From assembly GCF_009914755.1 (NCBI RefSeq), contig NC_060947.1: a stretch of DNA of 64,000 bases; one strand, 5' to 3'. The stretch comes from the human T2T-CHM13v2.0 reference genome, Homo sapiens. Below, piece after piece: positions 32,430 through 54,347 of the stretch; position 1 is the stretch's first letter; each line of letters opens with the position of its first letter. The notes under the pieces are model-generated. The model saw nothing but the letters and a program-made list of their open reading frames with translations, was not told where the DNA came from and searched no databases. Position numbers and translations under genes: made by a program.

Positions 32430-32815
32430 ACATGTTTTATGGACTGAATTATATTTCCCCAAGTTTTCTATGTTGAAGCTCCAACCCTCAATGTGACTGT
32501 ATTTGAAAACAGGGCTTTTAGGAGATAGTTTAAAGATTAAATTAAACAATAAAGGCAGAGTTCTAATCTGATAGGATTGGGGGCCTTATTAGAAATGGAG
32601 GAGAGACTGAGATTTCTCTCTCCACATGCAAGGTGCCAAGCAAAGGCCATGTGAGGACACAGCAAAAAGACAGCCATGAGCAATTAAGGAAGAGAGCCCT
32701 CACTGGAAACTAAATGAGCTGGTACCTTGCCTACAGGACTGTGAGAAATTAATTTGTATTGTTTAAGCCACCCAGTCAATGATATTTTTATGACAGCCTG
32801 AGAAGACTAACACAA
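32430..32815 (+). mobile_element. MLT1A-type LTR
   Basis: tgttttatggactgaatt...gtttaagccacccagtc...gactaacaca. Confidence 0.8.
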
Positions 32816-33220
32816 CATGATAGAAGAATGTATGTAATTTGCCTCAGAGTGCACAAAAAGTGCAGGTCACAGTGGAGTCTAAACCCAAATCTGACACGCG
32901 CCAAATGCAGACTTTTCTCACCTCACCAAATTTTTTGGAAAATCTTATGCTCTAAAGAGACGTGAGAAGGATATTCATGCCATTGTCACCCATCTCTCTG
33001 AAAGTACCCTCTCCATTGAAATTTCCTAGAATAACTCACAGAGCTGTGTGACCCATACCTCCCTATGAAAGATGCCCATATAATGTGCAGCAATGGCCGG
33101 GGAGCATGTCACTGTGGTATGAGAAGACCTGTTTAGGCTAGTGAGAAGAGATCCAGAGCTTCCTCTTCTATTTTCAAATGATCTTAACATTGATCTTAAA
33201 ATTGACACTTAGGACTTTAC

Positions 33221-33863
33221 CTTTAAAGCAAATCGAGTTCACTAAGACCATGATGAAGTTCAGTTTGAGGGTGTGGATAAGGCTTACAACTTTTCCTTTG
33301 GCTTTCCTTTCCATATTACCTTTTATCTCCTACTGGAATCCAGAAACATTGGGGAAGTAAGTCTCAGAGACTATTTTGACATGTTTTCACATCATCCAAT
33401 AACTTTGCCAGTGGTTCCAGCCACTTTCCAGTGAAGAGAGTGTTTCCCATTTGCAGTTCTAGCTTCTTCTTTGGAAAATTCAGTGAGTAGATCATGTGCT
33501 GGAAGCCATGCAAGATCTCTATCATTGATGTGTCTGTAAGGTTGAATCCCAAACACCCCAGGATCTGAGTTTGGGTCCTGGAGTATGCCTCAAGGGAAAG
33601 CATGGCCAAAACTGCAAAAATGCTCACAAGAGAAAAGAAAGTGTTTCTATGTGGGATATCCACAATGAAACTCCAATACAGGTTGAATGCAAAGTCAGAA
33701 TTAATTAATGATATTTTATATGGAGTAGCATTTTGTTGGGACAAATGGTAGGTGATTACTTTGCCTTCAGAGTTGTTAGGTGATGTACAGTGAACTGTAG
33801 CATGAAGCTCAAGTACCAAGTGAACCAGATAGAGGAATGGTGACATTTTAGAAGAAAGATACT
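33221..33863 (-). pseudogene. SERPINA7P1: First coding exon of an unprocessed thyroxine-binding globulin (SERPINA7) paralog
   Basis: ATG 33846: MSPFLYLVHLVLELHATVHC...NSDFAFNLY...LGFNLTDT...HGFQHMIYSLNFPKKKLELQMGN..LAKLLDDVKT aligns to TBG. After a frameshift at ~33375 the frame continues VSETYFPNVSGFQ*EIKGNMERKAKGKVVSLIHTLKLNFIMVLVNSICFK-G. Acceptor tatAG at 33864 and donor GTaaag at 33220 match the TBG intron position. The gene symbol is assigned from recall. Confidence 0.93.
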
Positions 33864-34789
33864 CTATAAGAGATGAAGTAAGAGAACCATTAGGGGAACT
33901 TTGTTGGATGAAATACTCCTAGCCAGAGAAACATAATAATCTCCTACCTTGATTTAAAAACAATACCAAATTTTGATGAGGTATTCACCAGGGGCTGGGT
34001 GGAGGTCTCTCTCCCTTGAAAAACTGATGATTCATCTCATGTGGGCAGGGAGTAGGAGAAGTGGCTTGCTGGGGCACGGAAATAATGCCATGGCCTCTCA
34101 TTTAGATGTAATAGCAAAATTATGAAATTGCTGTGAGTAAATTAACTTCATGGAAATTGAAGCACTTTTGATTTTAATCAGAGGCAGCCTTTTGAAGAAG
34201 GAAGAATCCTTAGATAAAACTAGTATTCCCTTGGCATACACTATTATCTGTAGATTAGAATTTTGGATTGTGTTTTTCTTTAATTTGGCCTTTTCTTAAG
34301 ATAAAATCTGTAAGAGATGAGATGAGAGAAGATTCATACTTTCTTCTACTAAAAGAAAAAGGAGAATAATTTTCACAATATATGTTTTGTTGGGAAGGAA
34401 GGGTGGGAGTTTGTGGAGCCGTGTGCAAGATCACATGTTGAAATCCATGCATTTGTGCAATACATGGAAATCACAGAAGTATTTTTGAACAAGAAGGAGA
34501 TAAAGATGTAAATGTCTACATTTTAGATTGCTCTTATCATCATTATCATCTAAAGAGTCATTTTACGTTGCAAGGCATTTAACACTGTTATTCTTAATAT
34601 CCACGTGCATTATTTCTAAATTGCTAGTGAGGAAGCCAGAAAAATATGGTGTTACATGCTCTGAACTTGGAAGAATACAAGGCAATGGAGTAAGGGGGTC
34701 AGCTGTGAAATCACCAATGACCACGGACATGAGTGGTCAGAGGGAAGAGATCCCTGGAGTCAGGACAGGGCTCCTTCCTTAGACCTCTA

Positions 34790-35300
34790 TCCTCTTACTG
34801 GGTGATATAATCCACTCCCAGAAACTCAACTTCTACCTCACAAAACTACATATCTCTAACTCGGATTGCTCTCCTGTGTTCCTAGCCGTTTATCCAGCTC
34901 ACTGTTAGATATATCCACCAGGATGGTCCACACATATATCAATCTCAAAGTTTCCAAAAGTAAACTCATCATACCCTCAAGTCTTCTCCTTCTTTGTTCC
35001 ACATTTTCAGGCTATCATATCACTGTCTACTGAAACCCCCATGCCAAAAATCTAGGCATTGTGCTAGGGGTTTTCTTCATTCTTATTGCTCACATTTAAT
35101 GAGTCATGATGTCCTGTGAGTATTACCTTCTAAATACCTCTCAAAACTCCCTTCTTTCCATCCCTGCTGCCACTGCGTCAAGTCCAAGGCCTGAACTACT
35201 GCATCAACTCCCAACAGGCCACATTGTCTTCTATCTCCTCCATCTCATCTTCATTTCTTTCACACTTCATCCAGTCTCCATATTGTAGCCATAGTCCTCT
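34790..35300 (+). mobile_element. L2 fragment
   Basis: C/T-rich ggatggtccacacatatatcaatctcaaagtttccaaaagtaaactcatc pattern. Confidence 0.6.
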
Positions 35301-35456
35301 TTCTGTAAAAAGTTGCTGAGACAGGTAGGAAGCCAATGATCAGATGGTCACACTTAAGCCTTGGATCCTGGAGCTGGCAGTTCAGACCTCATAGTGATTT
35401 GGAACTCTGACTTGCTGATAGAGATGTTAAAGGTTCCCAAAAAGAAAAAAACGTAC

Positions 35457-35490
35457 TTATAAAGCATGCCCAAGAAGCCATTTGCATGTC
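35457..35490 (-). pseudogene. Putative short non-coding first exon of the SERPINA7 paralog
   Basis: Minus strand ...catgcaaatggcttcttgggcatgctttataa|GTACGT donor; intron to 33864 is 1593 bp, close to the ~1.6 kb recalled for TBG intron 1. Confidence 0.55.
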
Positions 35491-35512
35491 TCAGAAAGAA
35501 AAACCTTTTCAT

Positions 35513-35565
35513 CTCTATAACATATTCTGTATTGCAAAACTAGCTACACTTAGTTACTCATTAAC
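35513..35565 (-). promoter_or_regulatory. Liver-type promoter: HNF1 site plus TATA-like box
   Basis: GTTAATGAGTAAC (35553-35565, minus) vs HNF1 consensus GTTAATNATTAAC; TTATAGAG at 35513-35520; spacing matches the TBG promoter as recalled. Confidence 0.65.
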
Positions 35566-36209
35566 CCCAGCATTAATGGCAAAATGATATTTTCAAAGCC
35601 AATACCTAAAACCAAGGCCAAAAGGAACAGAGTGAAAAGTGATACGCATGGAAATTTGGGTGATTGCTTTGGCTGCCAGATCCCTCATGTAAAACAAAAG
35701 AGAAAGAGGATTGTCAGAGCTGGAAGGCTCCCTGTCCCTGCTAGAAAAACTGTCTTTTCATCAGGCAGAATAAGGCAAAAGCACCAAAAGGCACCAGAAT
35801 AAAGTTCTCACTACTGGGCTAAACAGTTCTGGGACTGGCAGCCTTTTGAAGGAGAAAGGTGAATACAGGCAGAGCTGGGTGAACCTCCTAATGGTGCTGT
35901 AGAAATTATTTGCAGAGGAAATGATGTCAAAGGTAGCTTCCAACACTAGATTGCTGGTGCTGCACACATGTATGTCTGCTCAGGGGGAAAAACCAGTCCT
36001 CTTTTGCTCACTAAAATCCCCTATGCCCTCCCCTGGCCACATGACTCCAAAAGAGGATGCAGAAGGAGGCAAAGAGAGTGGAATCAAATATTCCACTGTC
36101 CACTATTAACTATGTACTTATTATACGCAAAGCAGCAATGGGAACAAACAGAACTGGGCTCAATCAGGAGACACGAGTTCAACCTTGCCTCCGGCAGTTT
36201 CTAGTTCTA

Positions 36210-36275
36210 GTAATAGTAGTAGCAGGAGTAGTAGTAGGAGTAGCAGTAGCAGCAGCAATAGTAGAAGTAGTAACA
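36210..36275. repeat. (GTA/GCA)n trinucleotide repeat between MIR fragments
   Basis: Direct reading. Confidence 0.85.
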
Positions 36276-36375
36276 GCAATTCCTGCATTTGAATATTTAC
36301 CATGTGCATGGCATTTTGTGAAGCATCTGATTCCAAACACTGCCAGCTTCAGTACTACATTAAGAATGTATATGG

Positions 36376-42803
<6,428 letters not shown>

Positions 42804-42804
42804 A

Positions 42805-43579
42805 AAGAGTAGACCAAGAAATAAGACACTTGTACACTATATGTAGTCTAAAAGAAACTCATTTTTAATATAAAAATACATATAGATTAAAAGTACATAG
42901 ATGGAGAAAGATATACCATACCAACACTAATCAAAAGAAAACAAAAGAACCTATGTTAATTTCATATAGAGTTGACTTTAGACCACAGAAAATTATCAGG
43001 GATAAAGATGGGCATAACATAATGATGAATAGGTCAAATTTGATAACAGATGAAGTGGGTCAATTCCTTGAAAACCACAATCTGCCAAAACTCACACAAG
43101 AAGAAACAGACAATATGAATAGGCTTATATCGATTAAAGAAATTGAATCAATAATTAATAAACATCTAAAACAGAAAGCACCAGGCTCAGATGGGCTGAC
43201 TAGAGAATTCTACCAAACATTTAAGGAACAGTTGTACCAATTCTTTGTAATCTCCTTTAAAAGATAAAAGCAGGGGACATACTTCTTAACTCATTCTACA
43301 AAGCCAACATCATCCCAACACTAAGGCAGACACAGACAATCTAAGCAAACGAATTCACACCAACATCTCTCTTAGACACTGCTGCAAAATCCTCAACAAA
43401 ATATTAGCCAATTAAACCCAATAATGTGAAAAAGATGTATACACCACCACCAAGCAGAATTTATCCCAGGTATGCAAGGCTGGTTCAACATTTGAAAATC
43501 AATTCGATATAATCGATCACATCAATAAGACAAAGAAGAAAAATCACATGATCATATCAATAGATGCAGTAAAAGCATT
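42805..43579 (+). mobile_element. L1MC1-type ORF2 (left part, split by L1PA4)
   Basis: KQKAPGSDGLTREFYQTFKE; continues at 49742. Confidence 0.85.
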
Positions 43580-43797
43580 AGTTTTTTTTTTTATTATGCT
43601 TTAAGTTTTAGGGTACATGAGCACAACGTGCAGGTTTGTTACATATGTATACATGTGCCATGTTGGTGTGCTGCACCCATTAACTAATCATTTAATATTA
43701 GGTATATCTCCTAATGCTATCCCTCCCCTCTCCCCTCACCCCACAACAGGTCCCGGTGTGTGATGTTCCCCTTCTTGTGTCCATGTGTTCTCATTGT

Positions 43798-47640
<3,843 letters not shown>

Positions 47641-47688
47641 TTATTTTGCTCGTTAGTTGATGCGGTTTCTTCCTAGCCTCAATGGTCT

Positions 47689-48704
47689 TTACAATTTGGC
47701 ATGTTTTTGCAGTGTCTGGTACTGGTTGTTCCTTTCCATGTTTAATGCTTCCTTCAGGAGCTCTTGTAGGGCAGGCCTGGTGGTGACAAAATCTCTCAGC
47801 ATTTGCTTGTCTGTAAAGTATTTTATTTCTCCTTCACTTATGAAGCTTAGTTTAGCTGGATATGAAATTCTGGGTTGTAAATTCTTTTCTTTAAGAATGT
47901 TGAATATTGGCCCCCACTCTCTTCTGGCTTGTAGAGTTTCTGCCAAGAGATCAGCTGTTAGTCTGATGGACTTCCCTTTGTGGGTAACCCGACCTTTCTC
48001 TCCTGCTGCCCTTAACATTTTTTCCTTCATTTCAACTTTGGTGAATCTGACAATTATGTGTGTCTTGGAGTTGCTCTTCTCGAAGAGTATCTCTGTGGTG
48101 TTCTCTGTATTTCCTGAATTTGAATGTTGTCCTGCCTTGCTAGATTGGGGAAGTTCTCCTGGATAGTATCCTGCAGAGTGTTTTCCAACTTGGTTCCATT
48201 CTCCCCGTCACTTTCAGGTACACCAATCAGACGTAGATTTGGTCTTTTCACATAGTCCCATATTTCTTGGAGGCTTTGTTCGTTTCTTTTTATTCTTTTT
48301 TCTCTAAACTTCTCTTCTCGCTTCATTTCATTCATTTGATCTTCCATCACTGATACCCTTTCTTTCAGTTGATCGAATCAGCTACTGAGGCTTGTGCATT
48401 TGTCACGTAGTTCTTGTGCCTTGGTTTTCAGCTCCAACAGGTCCTTTAAGGACTTCTCTGCATTGATTATTGTAGTTAGCCATTCGTCTAATTTTTTTTC
48501 AAGGTTTTTAACTTCTTTGCCATGGGTTCAAACTTCCTCCTTTAGCTCGGAGTAGTTTGATCATGTGAAGCCTTCTTCTCTCAACTCGTCAAAGTCATTC
48601 TCCATCCAGCTTTGTTCCATTGCTGATGAGGAGTTGCGTTCCTTTGGAAGAGAGGTGCTCTGATTTTTAGAGTTTCTAGTTTTTCTGCTCTGTTTTTTCC
48701 CCAA
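47689..48704 (-). pseudogene. L1 ORF1, fragmented
   Basis: ORFs 48054..48350 and 47689..48030 (IWDYVKRPNLRLIGVPE; YPAKLSF). Confidence 0.93.
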
Positions 48705-49279
48705 CTTTGTGGTTTTACCTTCCTTTGGTCTTTGATGATGGTAACAAACAGAGGGGGTTTTGGTGTGGATGTCCTTTCTGTTTGTTATTTTTCCTTCTAA
48801 CAGTCAGGACACTCAGCTGCAGGTCTTTTGGAGTTTGCTGGAGGTCCACTCCAGACCCTGTTTGCCTGGGTATCAGCAGCGGAGGCTGCAGAACAGCAGA
48901 TATTGGTGAACAGCAAATGTTGCTGCCTGATCGTTGCTCTGGAAGTTTTGTCTCAGAGGAGTACCCGGCCGTGTGAGGTGTCAGTTTGCCCCTACTGGGG
49001 GGTGCCTCCCAGTTAGGCTACTTGGGGGTCAGGGACCCACTTGAGGAGGCAGTCTGTCTGTTCTCAGATCTCCAGTTGCATGCTGGGAGAACCACTACTG
49101 TCTTCAAAGCTGTCAGACAGGGACATTTAAGTCTGCAGAGGTTGCTGCTGCCTTTTGTTCGGCTATGTCCTGCCCCCAGAGGTGGAGTCTACAGATGGAG
49201 GCAGGCCTCCTTGAGCTGTGGTGGGCTCCACCCAGTTCGAGCTTCCTGACCGCTTTGTTTACCTACTCAAGCCTCGGCA

Positions 49280-49354
49280 ATGGTGGACACCCATCCCCCA
49301 GCCTTGCTGCCGCCTTGCAGTTTGATCTCAGACTGCTGTGCTAGCAATGAGTGA
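49280..49354 (+). pseudogene. L1 ORF0 (antisense), truncated at codon 25
   Basis: MVDTHPPALLPPCSLISDCCASNE* vs recalled ORF0 MAGAPPPASLPPCSLISDCCASNQR. Confidence 0.8.
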
Positions 49355-49741
49355 AGCTCCATGAGCATAGGACCCTCTGAGCCATGCACGGGATATAATC
49401 TCCTGGTGTGCCATTTCCTAAGACCGTTGGAAGAGCACAGTATTAGGGTGGGAGTGACCCAATTTTCCAGGTGCCGTCTGTCACCCCTTTCTTTGACTAG
49501 GAAAGGGTACTCTCTGACCCCTTGTGCTTCCCGGCTCACGCTCAGTGCACTGCTGCTTCAGCTCACGCTCAGTGTGCTGCACCCACTGTCCTGCACCCAC
49601 TGTCTGACACTCCCCAGTGAGATGAACCTGGTACCTCGGTTGGAAATGCAGAAATTACCGGTCTTCTGTGTCGTTCACGCTAGGAGCTGTAGACTGGAGG
49701 TATTCCTATTCGGCCATCTTGGCTCCACCCCCCTAAAATCT

Positions 49742-52370
49742 CAGTAAAAGCATTTGACAAATGCTTTTCATGATAAAAACTCTCACTAAACTAGGAACAG
49801 AGAGGAACTTTCTCAACTTGATAAAGAATATCTGCAGAAACCTACAGCTAACATCATACTTAATAGTAAAAAACTAGAAGTTTTCCCACTAAGTTCAGGA
49901 ACAAGGCAAGGGTAACTCCTCTCACCACTCCTTGTCAACATCATACTGGAAGCCCTAGCCAATGCAATAAGACAAGAAAAGGAAATTAAGATATGCTGAT
50001 TGGGAAGTAAGAAATAAAACTATATTTATAGATGACATTATTGTCTATAGTTAAAACCCAAAATGCTCAACAAAAAACTCCTGGAACTAACAAGCAATTA
50101 TAGTGAAGTTCCAAGGCACAGGGTTAATATATAATACAAAAGTAAATCAGTTCCCTATATACCAGCAATAAACAAGTGGAATTTGAAATTAAAAATACAA
50201 TACTACTTATATTAGCACCCCCCAAAATGAAATACTTAGGTATGAAACTAACAAAATATGTATAACTTCTATATGAGGAAAACTATTAAAAGAATTTAAA
50301 GAACTAAGTAAATGGAGCGATATTCTATGCTCATGGATAGGAACACTCAATATTGTTATGATGTCAGTTTTTCCCAACTTGATCTACAGATTCAATGCAA
50401 TCACAATCAAGATTCTAGGAAGTTATTCTGTATTTTTTGACAGACTGATTCTAACATTTATAGAGAGAAGCAAAAGATCCAAGGTAGCCAACACAATATT
50501 AAAAGAGAAGAACAAAGTTGGAGAACTGACACTAACCAACTTCAAGACTCGTTGTAAAGCTGCAGCAACCAACACAGTGTGGTATTGGTGGAAGAATAAA
50601 TGAACAGACCAATGGAGCAGAATAGAGAGCCCAGAAATAGACCCACATAGATATATTAATAGTAAACTGATCTTTGACAAAGGAGAAAAGGCAATACAAA
50701 TATAGGGAGAAAAGATAAGGTTTTCAACAAATAATGCTGGAAGAACTGGATACTCATATACAAAATAAATAAATAAATAAATAAATTCAGACACAGACCT
50801 TAAACCCTTCACAAAAACTAACTCAAAATGAATCACAGAGCTAAATACAAAATGCAAAACTATAAAATTCCTAAAAATGTGTAGGAAGAAATCAAGATAA
50901 CCTTAGGTTTGGCAATGGCTTTTTCGATTTGGAGAGCTGTAATGCAAAGTGTGGACTCTGGGCAATAATGATGCATTAATTTAAGTTTGTCAGTTTAACA
51001 AATGTACCACTCTGGTGAAAGACGTTGATAATAAGGGAGGTTATGCCTGTATGGGGAAGGGAGTATTTGGGAATCTTCCATACCTTCCACTCAGTTTTTC
51101 TGTTAATCTTTAGCTGCTCTTAAAATAGTTTAATTTTTAAAAATTTAAACACCACTGTTCCATAACCAGAGATACAATCCAAGAAAGAAAGAATTGATAA
51201 GCTAGAATGTATTAAAATTAAAAATTTCTGCTCTGTGAATGATACTGTCAAGAAAATGAAAAATAAGCCAGAGGCTGGGAAAAAATATTTGCAAAAGACA
51301 TCTAAGAAAAGGCTGTTCTCCAAAACATTCAAAGAACCCTTAAAACTCAACAATAAGAAAATGAACAGCCCAATTTAAAAGTTGGCTAAAGACTTACACA
51401 GACACCTCACCAAAGAAGCTGTACAAATGGAAATAAGTATATGAAAAGCTGCTCCCCATGACATATTATCCCAATTAAAAAATCCCAATTAAAACAACAG
51501 TGCAATGTCACCATATACCTATTAGTGTGGCCAAAATCCAGAACACTGAAACACCAAATGCTGGTGAGGATGTGGAGCAATGGGAACTTTCATACATTGC
51601 TGGCAGGAATGCAAAATGGTATAGCCACTTTGGAAAACAGTTTAGCAGTTTCTTATAAAACTCAACATACTCTTAGCATACAATTCAGCAATCATGCTCC
51701 TTGGTATTTATACAAAGGAGTTGAAAACTTGTGTCCACACAAAAACCTGCCCATGGATGTTCATAGCCAGTTTATTCATAGTTGCCAAAACTTGAAAGCA
51801 ACCAAGATGGTTTTCAATAGGTGAAAAGACAAACTGTGACACATACAGACAAGGGATTATTATTCAATGTTAAAAAGAAATGAACTATGAAGCCATGAAA
51901 AGACATGGAAGAAGCTTAAGTTCATATGTAAGTGAAATAAGCCAATATGAAAAGGCTACATACTGTATGATTTCACTTATATGATGTTCTACATAAGGCA
52001 AAACTATGGAGACAGTAAAAAATCAGTGGTTGCCAGGTGTTAAGCTACAGAAAGGGGTGTATAGGTGGAGTACACAGGAATTTTATGGCAGTAAAAATAC
52101 TCTGTATGATATTATAATGATAAATATATGTCATTATACATTTGTCCACGCCCATAGAATGTATGGAGAGAGCCCTGATGTAAACTGTGGGCTCTGGGCA
52201 ATAATGATGCATTAATGTAGATTTGTCAACTTAACAGATGTACCACTCTGGTGGAGGATGTTGATAATGGGTGAGGTTATACACGTGTGGAGAACCTCTG
52301 TAACTTCCACTAAATTTTTCTATAAATCTTAAACTGCTCTTAAAAATAAAGTCTAGTTTTAAAATATTTA
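49742..52370 (+). mobile_element. L1MC1-type ORF2 3' half and 3'UTR
   Basis: NLIYRFNAITIKI...KNKVGELTL; 3'UTR agccatgaaaagacatgg, aaaactatggagacagtaaaa. Confidence 0.9.
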
Positions 52371-53170
52371 AAAGTCATTATTCTATAACCCAAGCTTAAT
52401 ACCCAATGATTGAGTGGAATACATGAGGCTGCCAGGAACCAATTATATCAACTGGCAGCAAAGTTGCTCCAGTTACTGCAACTGATATTTGCCTACCTAG
52501 GCAATATTTAGTTAGGCTCAACATGAACTGCCACTTTTAACCCCCTAGATATTTACTGATCAAAGGAGTCTACTAAGGAGTACTAGCAGTAGCAGGCACC
52601 ATAGTACACAGTTGGTCTGTCATACATGCTTTTAAAAAATATGGCATTGGCTAAAAACATGATGACGAGCACAATGGAGTAAAATGAACACATAAAATAC
52701 TATTAGATAAATTTGAATCTCACATTAAAAAATCAAGATTCCAACTAGCAGCAATTAATTCTTCCCACAAGTCATTATTTATGGTTTCCAGAAGTTCATT
52801 TTAAAATCAACTACCTATATCTATATATCTACATATCTGTCTAGCAATATATACATATTGGCATGGGTGGCTGTCTATAAAGTGTTCTGAAGAGTAACTC
52901 ATTTCATAGTCATGGACAAAGAATGTTCTAATGATGAAATATGAAAATAAATTAGTATGGCAAAATTAATAAAACAAAATAAACCACCCCATATCTTGCA
53001 TTTCAGTGGAATCTTAATATGTGTGTATTTTTATTTGTATATGACAAATGTATTTGAATGATACCCATGCAGTTGATACTAGGAGTAAAATGGGATATGC
53101 ATAGAAAGCTATGGAGTGAGAAATTATTAAATGCTGTATTATAAACAATACATTAAAACTGTATTACTTC

Positions 53171-54347
53171 AAGCATGGGAAAAGGACTCCCTATTCAATA
53201 AATTGGGTGGTGATAACTGGCTAGCCATATGCAGAAGAATGAAACTGGACCCCTAGTCCTCACCATAAATAAAAATTAACTCAAAATGGATTAAAGATTT
53301 AAATGTAAGACCTCACACTATAAAAATCCTAGTAGACAACCTAGGAAGTACCCTTCTCAACATAAGCCTTGGCAAAGAATTTGTGGCTAAGTCCCCAGAA
53401 TCAATTGCAACAAAAATAAAAATTGACAAGTGGGGCCTAATTAGACTAAAGAGCTTCTGCACAGCAAAAGAAATTGTCAACAGAGTAAACAGACAGCCTA
53501 CACAATGGGAGAAAATATTTGCAAACTATGCGCCTGACAGAAGTCTAAAATCCAGAATCTACTAGGAGGTTAAACAAATCAATAAGCAAAACGCAAAAAA
53601 AATTTAATTAAAAAATGGGCAAAGGACATGAATAGATACTTCTCAAAAGAAGACACACAAGTGGCCAACAATCATATAAAAAAGGTCAACATCACTAATC
53701 ATCAGAGAAATGCAAATCAAAACCACAACAAGACACCATCTCCCACCAGTCAGAATTGCTATTATTAAAAATTCAAAAACAACAGATCCTGGCAAGGCTG
53801 TAGACAAAAAGGAACACTAACATGCTGTTGGTAGGAATACAAACTAGTTCAGCCATTGTGGAAAGCAGTTTGGAGATTTCTCAACTTAAAATAGAACTAT
53901 CATTCGACCCAGCAATCCCACTACTGGGTACATACCCAAAGGAAAATAATTCATTCTATCACAAAGACACATGCACCCGTATGTTCATTGCAGCACTATT
54001 CGCAATAACAAAGACATGGAATCAACCCAGGTGCCCATCAACAGTGGATTGGATAAAGAAAATGTGGTACCTATACACCATAGAATACTACACAGCCATA
54101 AAAAAGAATAAAATCATGTCCTCTGCAGCAACATGGATGGAACTGAAGGCCATTACCCTAAGTGAACTAGCACAAGAACAGAAAACCAAATACTGTATAT
54201 TTTCACTTATAAGTGGGAGCTAAACGTTGAATACACACAAGTGTAAAGATAGGAACAATATGGTAGTATGATTTATAATTGTATACCTATGTAACAAACC
54301 TGCAAGTTGTGCACATGTACCCTAGAATTTAAAGTATAATAAAAAAA
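53171..54347 (+). mobile_element. 5'-truncated L1PB-like fragment ending in a short L1PA-type 3' tail
   Basis: [28 protein letters not shown]-like ORF; ...gcacatgtaccctagaatttaaagtataataaaaa. Confidence 0.85.

Noticed and set aside
53171-53200. L1 fragment starts near the ORF2 position where the 42408 deletion begins
   Set aside because: Its 3'UTR is of a different (L1PB-like) type and overlaps sequence still present in the first L1; probably coincidence
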